A DNA stretch of 63,898 nucleotides from Methanobacteriota archaeon (GTDB lineage: Archaea; Thermoplasmatota; Poseidoniia; Poseidoniales; Poseidoniaceae). Positions within the stretch are counted from its first letter, which is position 1, and each line of letters begins with the position of its first letter. The position numbers were made by a program, and so were the translations under genes. The DNA lies in assembly GCA_002729095.1 (NCBI GenBank), contig PBWC01000058.1, positions 30,931 through 94,828 of the forward strand, written 5' to 3'. The notes beneath the pieces were generated by a model. The model was not told the DNA's origin, made no database searches, and saw only the letters and a program-made list of their open reading frames with translations. Positions 55,935 to 63,898 of the stretch are shown one piece after another.

Positions 55935-57347
55935 TCATTTCCAAGGGCTCATCAAAATAGGTTCACCTACTGAACCGGGCTCGACCAAAATTTTGCCCTT
56001 ATGACCGGTTATTTGATTCCTTTCAAAGACTGGAGTTCCATTTACTACAGTAAGAACTGGCCACCCTACTAATTCCTTGCCAGCGTAAGGACTCCAAGCA
56101 ACTCTAGTCCAACATTCTTCATCTCTGACAATTGCACTATGGTTCATATCTACAAGAACTACGTCTCCATCATATCCTTCTTCTAATCTGCCCTTTCCAA
56201 TCATTTGGTAGCAATCAGCAACATTACTGGACATCCAACGAACTACATCCTCAAGTGAACACTTTCCTTCATTGACATAATTTAGCATCACAGCAAGAGA
56301 GGTTTCCACTCCAGGCATTCCACTAGGTGCATGTGGGAAACCCTTTGATTTGGTTTCTAAGGTGTGTGGGGCATGATCTGTTGCGATACATTGTATTGTT
56401 CCATCATTCAACCGTGACCACAAAATCTCTCTATCTGCTGAATAGCGAATTGGTGGATTCATCTGCAATCGAACACCCTTTTCTTCGACATCTGTTTCAT
56501 CAAAGGTTAGATGTTGTGGAAGAACTTCAGTAGTAATGATTGGGTGCTCTTCAGATTTAGATGGGAGATTGCAGTAATCAGATAGATAATCAGCTTCAAT
56601 GCCTGATGTCAAATGGAGAATATGTAGTCGATGACCGGTTTTTAATGCTAATTCAACAGATAGTTTCGTCGCTAGTAATGCCGTAATATCATCTCTGTAA
56701 TATGCATGTGCGGCAACATCGGTGCGTCCTTCAACTAATTTTCTTCGCTCATTCATTCTGTCTTCATCTTCAGCATGAACAGCGATTAAACCTGCGGTTT
56801 CGGTAAAAATTCTTTCAAGTGCGGTTTTATCTGAAACAAGTAGGGTTCCGGTTGAAACTCCCATGAAGATTTTAATTCCACAGATACCAGGAATTGCAAT
56901 TGGATTTTCTCTAGTACCAACCACTTCTTGTAAATCCTCGACATTGTCTTCAGTTGCACCTATAAAAAAGCCATAATTGCTGACACATTTTTTGGAGGCA
57001 GTATCTAGCTTGCCCTGCATACCTTCTAAATTGGTAATCGATGGAACGTTATTAGGCATGTCTAGAAAAGAAGTAATTCCACCACTTACTCCAGCAGCAG
57101 AGCCACTACCCAAATCCTCTTTCTCTGGTTGCCCTGGGTCTCTAAAATGGACTTGCGGGTCAATACAACCAGGCAGCAGGTGTAGTCCAGTACCGTCAAC
57201 AAAATGCTCACCGTCTTCTGGCTCTATGTTTCCATCAGTTAATATCTGGGAAATTTTTCCGTCACGAATCCTTAAATCACCAATAACTGTTTGCTCAGGG
57301 AGAACCATTGTCGCTCCACAAATTAGAAGATCTCTGTTGATGCTCAT
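55935..57347 (-). CDS. pyrC: Dihydroorotase (cyclic amidohydrolase family)
   Basis: DPQVHFRDPG, HAEDE and IATDHAPHT motifs. I prefer ATG 57347 (MSINRDLLICG) over the TTG at 57365. Confidence 0.8.
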   Translation of the reverse strand: MSINRDLLICGATMVLPEQTVIGDLRIRDGKISQILTDGNIEPEDGEHFVDGTGLHLLPGCIDPQVHFRDPGQPEKEDLGSGSAAGVSGGITSFLDMPNNVPSITNLEGMQGKLDTASKKCVSNYGFFIGATEDNVEDLQEVVGTRENPIAIPGICGIKIFMGVSTGTLLVSDKTALERIFTETAGLIAVHAEDEDRMNERRKLVEGRTDVAAHAYYRDDITALLATKLSVELALKTGHRLHILHLTSGIEADYLSDYCNLPSKSEEHPIITTEVLPQHLTFDETDVEEKGVRLQMNPPIRYSADREILWSRLNDGTIQCIATDHAPHTLETKSKGFPHAPSGMPGVETSLAVMLNYVNEGKCSLEDVVRWMSSNVADCYQMIGKGRLEEGYDGDVVLVDMNHSAIVRDEECWTRVAWSPYAGKELVGWPVLTVVNGTPVFERNQITGHKGKILVEPGSVGEPILMSPWK

Positions 57348-57392
57348 GATACTCAAACTTACCAACCAACGGTATTCAATTAAGTATTCTAT

Positions 57393-57977
57393 CTATCTTC
57401 TTCTAGAGTCTGGTGGTCTGAAAGAATTACATATTTCGTCATTCATGTCGATATAAGGTCCTTGTAATAGGTCTACGCAATAAGGAACTGCCTTCCATAT
57501 TTCATCAATAGTTTCCCTAATTGCCTTTGGTCGGCCAGGCAAATTAAAAATCAAACAACTACCCCTAGTACCTCCAACTTGTCTTGAAAGAATAGCAGTG
57601 GGGACGTACTTCAGAGAGATCATTCTCATCTGTTCACCAAAACCATCTAGGATTCTGTCACAAACAGAAATAGTCGCATCAGGAGTCACGTCTCTTTTTG
57701 CAGGACCTGTTCCTCCTGTCGTAATTATGATGTCACAACCAATTTCATCGGCGAATTCAATCATTGTCTGCTTAATTGTGTCTAAGTCATCGGGAATACA
57801 TCGGTAAATTACGTCAGCAGAACTTGCCAGGGCTTGTTCAAGGAACTGTAAAATTGCAGGCCCTCCTTCGTCTTCATATTCGCCTTTGCTCGCTCTATCA
57901 CTAACGGTGATAATACCTAGAGTAGAGTTATCTCCACATGAATTATCCTTGCCACTGATTTTAGTAAGGGGCAACAA
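57393..57977 (-). CDS. MogA/MoaB-family molybdopterin adenylyltransferase
   Basis: Motifs GIITVSDRAS and IIITTGGTGPAKRDVTPDAT. Apparent TTG start. Confidence 0.8.
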   Translation of the reverse strand: MLPLTKISGKDNSCGDNSTLGIITVSDRASKGEYEDEGGPAILQFLEQALASSADVIYRCIPDDLDTIKQTMIEFADEIGCDIIITTGGTGPAKRDVTPDATISVCDRILDGFGEQMRMISLKYVPTAILSRQVGGTRGSCLIFNLPGRPKAIRETIDEIWKAVPYCVDLLQGPYIDMNDEICNSFRPPDSRRR

Positions 57978-57989
57978 TTATTTCACCAC

Positions 57990-60089
57990 TTAGTTGTCTT
58001 CGCCATACTTTGCATGAACATCAGCATGGAAGTTATCTAGCAATGTGTCTTCGAATAACTCTGTTTGTCTTCTAACCTTGGTTGATCTAATGTGAAGGAA
58101 TGCTGCTCCAATAAATACGATAATTATCAATGGAATAACAGCCTCTAGTTTATACTGGTGCATGAATTTTACAATCCCTTCTGCGGTATATGCCCAAGTT
58201 ACAGATGCAACTGCACCACCTATGAATGTGGCCGCAAGAACTCTTGAAAACTGCATTCTAGATAGTAAGCCAAGCATAGCGCCAACTAGAACTCCAGAAG
58301 CCATGAAAGGAATCCATACGAAGACTATTAATCCCCAGAATCCCCACTTGTTAATCATCTCACGCTTTTCATTAGCCATGTATTCAACAGTAGACAAGGT
58401 ATCACCTAGGAATTTGGTTTGAAGCATTTTGCCTCCAAGTCCGTCTTGCTTTGCAACAGCAACAATCCTATCATCGTCTTTACCGCCGCTTTCTACTCTA
58501 CCGGCACCGGAACGGTCAGCCAAGGTGGAAATTTGGTTTCTTGCTTTAACAATCAATTCTTGACTTCCCAGCAAGTCGTTATTTCTTTCAGAAATATATC
58601 TGTAAAGTTCAACCTCAACTTCATCAGTTGTTTTCTTAAATCTAAAGAAAGCGAACCTCTGAGTAGGTCGGTAAATAACTGAAACAAAAATAACACTATC
58701 ATCGCTGGTTACAACCGCTCCTTCCATCTTTACATCGCTTCTTCTAGTGAAGAATAAATCTAGACTGTCTCTAACTTCATCTTCTACTCTTGAAAGTGTG
58801 TGCAGTTCGGAAAAGAAACTGGAATAGTCTTGCTCATCTTCGAGCTGTGCGCCTTCGGCACCAGTGCCAACTCCAACCCCGCTGTCGAAATCAATGGCTT
58901 GATTAATTCCTATGGTTCGAACAGTCAACTGAACAGGTTTGAAGACTCTAAAAATTGCGAATTCTTCTAACACTTCTCGCAAAACTTCAGCTCTTACATC
59001 TTTACTATCAGAAAGTGTGGCATCGGTATTTTTGTACGGTACCATAATATCGATTGATAATTCCCTAGATTCTATTTTGTATAACTCCCAATCGATTAGA
59101 ATATTGAGTCGTTTAGCAGTTTTATTTATTGTATCTTCGACCAATCTAGCGATATGTGATCTTGAAAGTACGTCGTCAGTATCTTGATGGTAAATCTTGT
59201 ACATGATTGGATAAATCACAAGTAAGGTAACTGCTGATAAAGAGAGAGATATAAATGCCATCCACCATGCTGGAATACCCGCAGTACCTCCAGTTAACAT
59301 TGCAGTTTCTCTTCCACCTCCTAATTCAGCAGCCATTAGTATGTAGCCCCAGTCGCCTAAATCTTTGGTAGTCCAGCAAGTTCGGCTTCCAGGGTCGGTG
59401 ATTCTAACTTCACTTCTGGAGTCTGAATCAACGAATGGCAAAAAAGAAAAGAATCCGCCATCTGTAATCTCCAATTCAAAATCGATGGTTTTTTCGATTT
59501 TTTCACCATTTTCAACTACGCTTGCAGTTGTAAGATTACTAGAATTATAAATTGTTACTTCAAAGTTTATTTCGTATTCCCCTACGCCCAAATTTTCGAA
59601 TGGTGCAGTGAAATATGCTCTTCCATCGTCAACTTCTTCAATCACTTCTTCTGTGACTCCTTGCCATTGAGAATTATCTACTTCCTTAATTGTATAATTC
59701 ATTAATGCATATCCATCAACAAGATTATGTCCAGCAAGAGACATATATTCCAAATCGTTCTCTGGGAAAATATGTATCCATGGCGTGTCTTCAATATCCT
59801 CACATTCTTCTCCAGTATCTAGAAATGTTTGTGATGCTTTATGATCTAAAGTGGTAGAGGAACCTAGAACACCACTGGACATACAAAATATGACTAATGC
59901 AAATAATAATCCATATCCAATACCTGCAAATAAAACATAATCTTCTTTGTTTGAAAGAAACCTTTTCTTCTCAGTTTTACTGCGACGTCTTCTAATTTCG
60001 CTGAGTTCACGTGCGACTTTATCAGTACTTCTTTGTTCGATATCAACATCGTCGGCAACCTCGGTGCTTTCAATATTTTGCTCGCCCAT
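57990..60089 (-). CDS. Large hypothetical membrane protein; the C-terminal TM bundle resembles the small-multidrug-export (Sm_multidrug_ex) family
   Basis: Started at ATG 60089 (the track uses an alternative start at 60113). TM helix, ectodomain, TM helix, about 250 aa of cytoplasmic region, then KWGFWGLIVFVWIPFMASGVLVGAMLGLLSRMQFSRVLAATFIGGAV. Confidence 0.55.
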   Translation of the reverse strand: MGEQNIESTEVADDVDIEQRSTDKVARELSEIRRRRSKTEKKRFLSNKEDYVLFAGIGYGLLFALVIFCMSSGVLGSSTTLDHKASQTFLDTGEECEDIEDTPWIHIFPENDLEYMSLAGHNLVDGYALMNYTIKEVDNSQWQGVTEEVIEEVDDGRAYFTAPFENLGVGEYEINFEVTIYNSSNLTTASVVENGEKIEKTIDFELEITDGGFFSFLPFVDSDSRSEVRITDPGSRTCWTTKDLGDWGYILMAAELGGGRETAMLTGGTAGIPAWWMAFISLSLSAVTLLVIYPIMYKIYHQDTDDVLSRSHIARLVEDTINKTAKRLNILIDWELYKIESRELSIDIMVPYKNTDATLSDSKDVRAEVLREVLEEFAIFRVFKPVQLTVRTIGINQAIDFDSGVGVGTGAEGAQLEDEQDYSSFFSELHTLSRVEDEVRDSLDLFFTRRSDVKMEGAVVTSDDSVIFVSVIYRPTQRFAFFRFKKTTDEVEVELYRYISERNNDLLGSQELIVKARNQISTLADRSGAGRVESGGKDDDRIVAVAKQDGLGGKMLQTKFLGDTLSTVEYMANEKREMINKWGFWGLIVFVWIPFMASGVLVGAMLGLLSRMQFSRVLAATFIGGAVASVTWAYTAEGIVKFMHQYKLEAVIPLIIIVFIGAAFLHIRSTKVRRQTELFEDTLLDNFHADVHAKYGEDN

Positions 60090-60173
60090 GACGCGCAGAA
60101 AGGTCTCTAGCACATGAACCCAACGCTTAATAAGATACTATTTTGATTAGAGGCTAATTATCTAGTATAATTA

Positions 60174-60249
60174 TGGTGGGTAGGGCCGGACTTGAACCGG
60201 CGACCTCAGCATCTTCAGTGCTGCGCTCTCCCAACTAAGCTACCTACCC
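60174..60249 (-). tRNA. tRNA-Phe (anticodon GAA) with a genomically encoded CCA
   Basis: The reverse complement folds as a perfect cloverleaf: GGGTAGG-TA-GCTT-AGTTGGGA-GAGC-G-CAGCA-CTGAAGA-TGCTG-AGGTC-GCCGG-TTCAAGT-CCGGC-CCTACCC-A-CCA. It is 76 nt with G37 and A73. Confidence 0.92.
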
Positions 60250-60309
60250 AGTGAGTGTGGCGAAGACAACTGGCATTTCAAGCCTTCCGAAAGAAGTGAG
60301 TTGAAAAAT

Positions 60310-61134
60310 TTACTCGATTCCATCTAAAATCGCCACTTGTGCCTCAAATAAGGCTTCCAGACCCGCATCTGCTTGTGAAAGTAATGCTGAAAGTTCCTCT
60401 TTCGAAAATGTAGATTCTTCTCCAGTGCCTTGAATTTCTACATATTTACCGTCACTAGTTTTTACTACATTCATGTCGACATCAGCATTTGAGTCTAAAA
60501 CATAGTCTAGATCTAGGTAGACTTCCCCATCGATTAATCCTACAGATAGCGCAGCCAAATCATGTGGAATTACATCATTTTCGTGGTTTATCTTCTCTTT
60601 GTCGGACAATTTTGGTGCAGACCATCCGGACTTTCTTTGCTCTTCGGTTGGTCTTAGGTCAGATGGTAAACAGATTCCTTGAGCAATCAATCTTCTTACA
60701 GCCAACCTTAATGCAATATTGGCAGCAGTTATGGAAGCACACCGGGTACCTCCATCTGCATTGAGTACGTCACAATCGATGTTTAGTGAAATAGGTCCTA
60801 GAGCCTCAAGATTTACTGCTGCTCTTAGAGACCTAGCAATTAATCTTTCAATTTCCTGAGTTCTACCCTTGGCACCTCTTCTTTCCCTTCTAAATCTTGA
60901 ATCGGTAGAGCCTGGTAAAAGTGAGTATTCGGCATGAACCCATCCTTTTGTGGAATCTCTAGGAAACCAACCTGGCAATCTTGCATCTTTGGTACAACAC
61001 GCTAAAATTACAGTATCACCTTGTCGATAAAGTATTGAAGCAAGTGCGTTAGGAGTAAAATCAATTTCCACTTCGACATGTCTCATTTGATTAGCTTCTC
61101 TATCGGTCTCAAAATCTGTCTTGAATTTGCCCAT
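60310..61134 (-). CDS. rph: Ribonuclease PH (bacterial Rph-type) with an internal insertion
   Basis: GWVHAEYSLLPGST, RGAKGRTQEIERLIARSLRAAV and DCDVLNADGGTRCASITAA match Rph rather than exosome Rrp41. There are about 40 extra residues (ICLPSDLRPTEEQRKSGWSAPKLSDKEKINHEND). Confidence 0.88.
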   Translation of the reverse strand: MGKFKTDFETDREANQMRHVEVEIDFTPNALASILYRQGDTVILACCTKDARLPGWFPRDSTKGWVHAEYSLLPGSTDSRFRRERRGAKGRTQEIERLIARSLRAAVNLEALGPISLNIDCDVLNADGGTRCASITAANIALRLAVRRLIAQGICLPSDLRPTEEQRKSGWSAPKLSDKEKINHENDVIPHDLAALSVGLIDGEVYLDLDYVLDSNADVDMNVVKTSDGKYVEIQGTGEESTFSKEELSALLSQADAGLEALFEAQVAILDGIE

Positions 61135-61230
61135 GACACTCGCAGGACTTTTCTTTCATCAACTCTTCTCTTCAAATGAATCTAACAAAAACATGCGCAC
61201 ATTCAAGATAAGTACTCCTTTGGCAGGTAT

Positions 61231-62424
61231 ATGGGGCAGTCTAAGGTGGCTATCTGTGCCGTCGCTAGAACACCTATTGGCTCATTTATGGGGACATTAT
61301 CTTCTTTCTCGGCCGTTGACTTAGGAATTTTAGCTGTTAAGGAATTATGTTCCAGAGCGAACATAGAACCATCCAGTGGGATAATTGATGATTTTCTATT
61401 TGGTCAAGTATTACAGGCAGGAAGCGGACAAAACCCTGCTAGACAGGTTGCATTAGGTGCTGGACTACCGGTTAGTACCCCTGCTACAACAATCAATAAG
61501 GTCTGCGGTAGTTCTCTTGATGCAGCAATGATGGCCGCAAACAGTATTCGCGCTGGAAGCAGTAAAGCAATAATTGCCGGTGGAATGGAAAGTATGTCTA
61601 ATGCACCCCAACTATTGATGGGACAAAGGAAAGGCAAAAAGATGGGTGATTCAAAATTAGTCGATTCAATGATTCATGACGGTCTTTGGGACGTATACAA
61701 TGATATTCACATGGGTAATACTGGTGAAACTATCGCTAATGAATGTGAAATAACTAGACAGAATTCTGATGAATACGCAGTCAGAAGCCATCAAAGAGCC
61801 GCTAATGCTTGGCAATCTGGATGGTTTGACTGGGAGTCATTTTCTGTTGAAGTGCCTCAACGACGAGGAGATCCTCTGATTTTTTCAAAGGATGAGGGAA
61901 TTAAAGAAAACACATCGGCTGAAATACTTTCTAAATTACGACCTGTCTTTAACAAGGAAGGTCAAGTTACGGCTGGTAATGCTAGTACTCTAAATGATGG
62001 TGCAAGCGCAATTTTACTTGCCGATTATGAGTTTGCAGTTGAGCAAGGTTGGGAGATAATTGCATATGTTGAGGATTATTGTACCAGTGGCGTAGAACCA
62101 GAACGAGTAATGAGTGCGCCAATACCTGCAATTGAAATGTTGTTGGAGCGAAATTCACTGCAGGTTTTAGATGTAGATATTTATGAACACAATGAAGCAT
62201 TTGCTTCAGCATCTTGTGCTGTAGCAAAAGAGATTGGAATTCCTAATGAAAGATTCAATCTTCATGGTGGAGCAATTAGTTTAGGTCATCCCTTAGGCAG
62301 TAGCGGAACGAGATGTTTGATTACTATGTTAGGGGTAATGCGAAGACTCGATTCTAAGTCTGGAATTGTTACATTATGTCTTGGTGGCGGTAATGCCGTT
62401 GCAATGTTGGTTAAGAGAGATTAA
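61231..62424 (+). CDS. Acetyl-CoA C-acetyltransferase (thiolase II)
   Basis: Active-site NKVCGSSL, NEAFA, HGGAISLGHPLGSSG and CLGGGNAVAMLV motifs; 397 aa. Confidence 0.9.
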   Translation: MGQSKVAICAVARTPIGSFMGTLSSFSAVDLGILAVKELCSRANIEPSSGIIDDFLFGQVLQAGSGQNPARQVALGAGLPVSTPATTINKVCGSSLDAAMMAANSIRAGSSKAIIAGGMESMSNAPQLLMGQRKGKKMGDSKLVDSMIHDGLWDVYNDIHMGNTGETIANECEITRQNSDEYAVRSHQRAANAWQSGWFDWESFSVEVPQRRGDPLIFSKDEGIKENTSAEILSKLRPVFNKEGQVTAGNASTLNDGASAILLADYEFAVEQGWEIIAYVEDYCTSGVEPERVMSAPIPAIEMLLERNSLQVLDVDIYEHNEAFASASCAVAKEIGIPNERFNLHGGAISLGHPLGSSGTRCLITMLGVMRRLDSKSGIVTLCLGGGNAVAMLVKRD

Positions 62425-62526
62425 ATCTCTCGAATGTAACATAAAATCACTTAATTTACTAATTTAGGCCGTATTATTACTGCGGGTATCAAATAGGGTT
62501 GGAAGGCGGCCACAAATGGTGAGAGC

Positions 62527-63885
62527 ATGGTTTCGTTTTCAGACTTGGGAGTTAGCGGAAGAATTGTCAATGCTCTGCGCAAGCAAGGAATAGAAGAACC
62601 GTTTGAGGTTCAAAGAGAATCAATTCCAGATGGAATGTTAGGGCATGACGTTTGTTGTCGTGCACCAACTGGATCTGGTAAAACTCTAGCTTTTGGATTA
62701 CCATTGATTGAAAGGACAGAACCAGCAAGACCTGGAATGCCGACATCATTGATTCTTACACCAACTAGAGAGTTAGCAGAACAGATTTACAAAGTTCTAG
62801 AACCGCTAGCATGGGAAATGGAATTATATGTTCATGCAATATATGGAGGTGTATCTTACAACAAGCAATTTAGAGCCTTAGAAAGAGGTGTCGATATATT
62901 AGTTGCTTGTCCAGGGAGGCTGATTGATTTACTTGAAAGAGGTTCTTTGTCTTTGGAAGATACAAGTATTGTAGTTTTAGATGAAGCAGATAGAATGGCT
63001 GATATGGGATTTATGCAACCTGTATGTCAGATTCTTGATGAATGCAGGAAAGATCGCCAAACAATTCTTTTCAGTGCAACATTAGACGATGAGGTTGCCG
63101 AATTGGTTCGAGATTACCAAAAAGACCCGGTCACTATTCACGTTGGTCCTGAAGAGGTTAGTATAGAAAGTATGGAACATCACTTTTGGCTTATGCCTAA
63201 TTCAAAAAAGTCCACAATATCATCCGAAATTATCCGTAAATGTGGCCGTAGTATCGTTTTTTGCCGTACTAGGGCAGGAGTAGATAGAATTGGAGAGGAT
63301 CTAGAATATGACGGTTTAGGTGTAGAAATACTTCATGGAGGTTTATCGCAAAGGCAGCGAGATGGTGCTATGAGACGTTTCCAATATGGAGAGTGTATGG
63401 CATTGATAGCAACCGATGTTGCAGCTAGAGGAATCGATATTGAAGGGGTGAATTGTGTTATTCATTACGATCCACCGGAGAATGCTAAGGCCTACAAGCA
63501 TCGAAGTGGAAGAACTGCAAGAGGCGGAGCCAGTGGAATTGTCGTGTCATTGGTACAAAAGCCGCAAAAGAAATCATACGGAAGAATTCAAAGAGAAGTC
63601 GGTATAAATGTTGAATTTAAACCTCCTGAATTCTCAGATTTACCCGAATTTGAAGTAGAATTCATCGCTCCAAAAAGGCGGCAGAGTTATGGAAGCCGAA
63701 ATAGGAATGACAGAAACCGAGGTCATTATGGTCAGAGAAATCAACGTTCCTCTGGACGTTATGGTGGCGGTGGTGGAGACAGAAGAGGCGGAAACCGTGG
63801 CGGTGGGAACAGAAGAGGCGGAAACCGTGGTGGTGGGAACAGAAGAGGCGGAAACCGTGGCGGTGGAAATCGAAGTGGCGGCTGA
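62527..63885 (+). CDS. DEAD-box RNA helicase with a C-terminal RGG/GNR repeat tail
   Basis: Q-motif region, APTGSGKT, PTRELA, DEAD, SAT and HRSGRTAR motifs. The tail is GGGDRRGGNRGGGNRRGGNRGGGNRRGGNRGGGNRSGG. Confidence 0.92.
   Translation: MVSFSDLGVSGRIVNALRKQGIEEPFEVQRESIPDGMLGHDVCCRAPTGSGKTLAFGLPLIERTEPARPGMPTSLILTPTRELAEQIYKVLEPLAWEMELYVHAIYGGVSYNKQFRALERGVDILVACPGRLIDLLERGSLSLEDTSIVVLDEADRMADMGFMQPVCQILDECRKDRQTILFSATLDDEVAELVRDYQKDPVTIHVGPEEVSIESMEHHFWLMPNSKKSTISSEIIRKCGRSIVFCRTRAGVDRIGEDLEYDGLGVEILHGGLSQRQRDGAMRRFQYGECMALIATDVAARGIDIEGVNCVIHYDPPENAKAYKHRSGRTARGGASGIVVSLVQKPQKKSYGRIQREVGINVEFKPPEFSDLPEFEVEFIAPKRRQSYGSRNRNDRNRGHYGQRNQRSSGRYGGGGGDRRGGNRGGGNRRGGNRGGGNRRGGNRGGGNRSGG
63781..63870 (+). 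repeat. Three tandem 30-nt near-identical repeats encoding RRGGNRGGGN units
   Basis: agaagaggcggaaaccgtggYggtggRaaY occurs three times back to back (63781-63810, 63811-63840, 63841-63870). Confidence 0.9.
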
Positions 63886-63898
63886 GGTCGAAATAGTA

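Noticed and set aside
60281-60300. Small hairpins (CTTC-CGAAA-GAAG and GGC-ATTTCAA-GCC) between rph and the tRNA as possible terminators
   Set aside because: The stems are only 3-4 bp, too weak to call. Archaeal termination usually relies on oligo-T tracts, which are not clear here.
60114-60309. tRNA-Phe as a possible integration hotspot or genomic-island boundary
   Set aside because: No integrase, direct repeat of the tRNA 3' end or compositional break is visible on either side. Flanking genes are housekeeping (rph) or ordinary membrane proteins.
63781-63870. Regular 30-nt direct repeats that could superficially suggest a CRISPR-like array
   Set aside because: The repeats are contiguous with no spacers, in frame, and encode the RGG tail of the helicase. 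No cas genes are present in the window.

Overview
The window is about 39% GC, densely coded and non-repetitive at large scale. It has no CRISPR array, transposase, integrase or rRNA. All family calls come from reading motifs in the supplied translations by eye; no HMM or BLAST search was run.

Gene content suggests a marine planktonic archaeon of the Thermoplasmatota, possibly Marine Group II (Poseidoniales-like). The archaeal markers are:
- a Taw2/TYW2-type wybutosine enzyme
- stand-alone Lrp/AsnC RAM-domain genes
- dolichol-type glycosyltransferases
- NikR

These sit alongside many bacterial-type housekeeping genes: uvrC, rph, gpmA, thiolase and M32/M29/S15 peptidases.

Ordinary content:
- a znuA-znuC-znuB-like metal ABC operon with a divergent NikR-like regulator
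- gpmA, an RND/MMPL exporter, SCO1, cyclophilin and uvrC
- a GT2/GT4 pair, thiamine pyrophosphokinase and pyrC
- MogA/MoaB, tRNA-Phe(GAA), rph, thiolase and a DEAD-box helicase

The dominant feature is seven very large predicted surface proteins, 439 to about 2066 aa, which take up about 37% of the window. Each has a signal peptide, a large ectodomain, one C-terminal TM helix and an acidic cytoplasmic tail. Most carry long arrays of thrombospondin-type-3-like Ca-binding Asp repeats.

Best candidates for something undescribed:
1. An integrin-like giant protein with seven FG-GAP motifs, a TSP3 stalk, a TM helix and a roughly 170-aa cytoplasmic tail. WW-like Trp motifs and PPLP/polyproline tails occur in neighbouring proteins, which hints at a cytoplasmic docking network.
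2. A ZnuA-type binding protein whose His-rich loop has expanded to about 385 aa and contains folded inserts.
3. A tightly packed MMPL-DUF4281-(TSP3/esterase/YHYH)-SCO1 gene string.
4. A wHTH-STAND NTPase-TPR protein next to tandem RAM-only genes.
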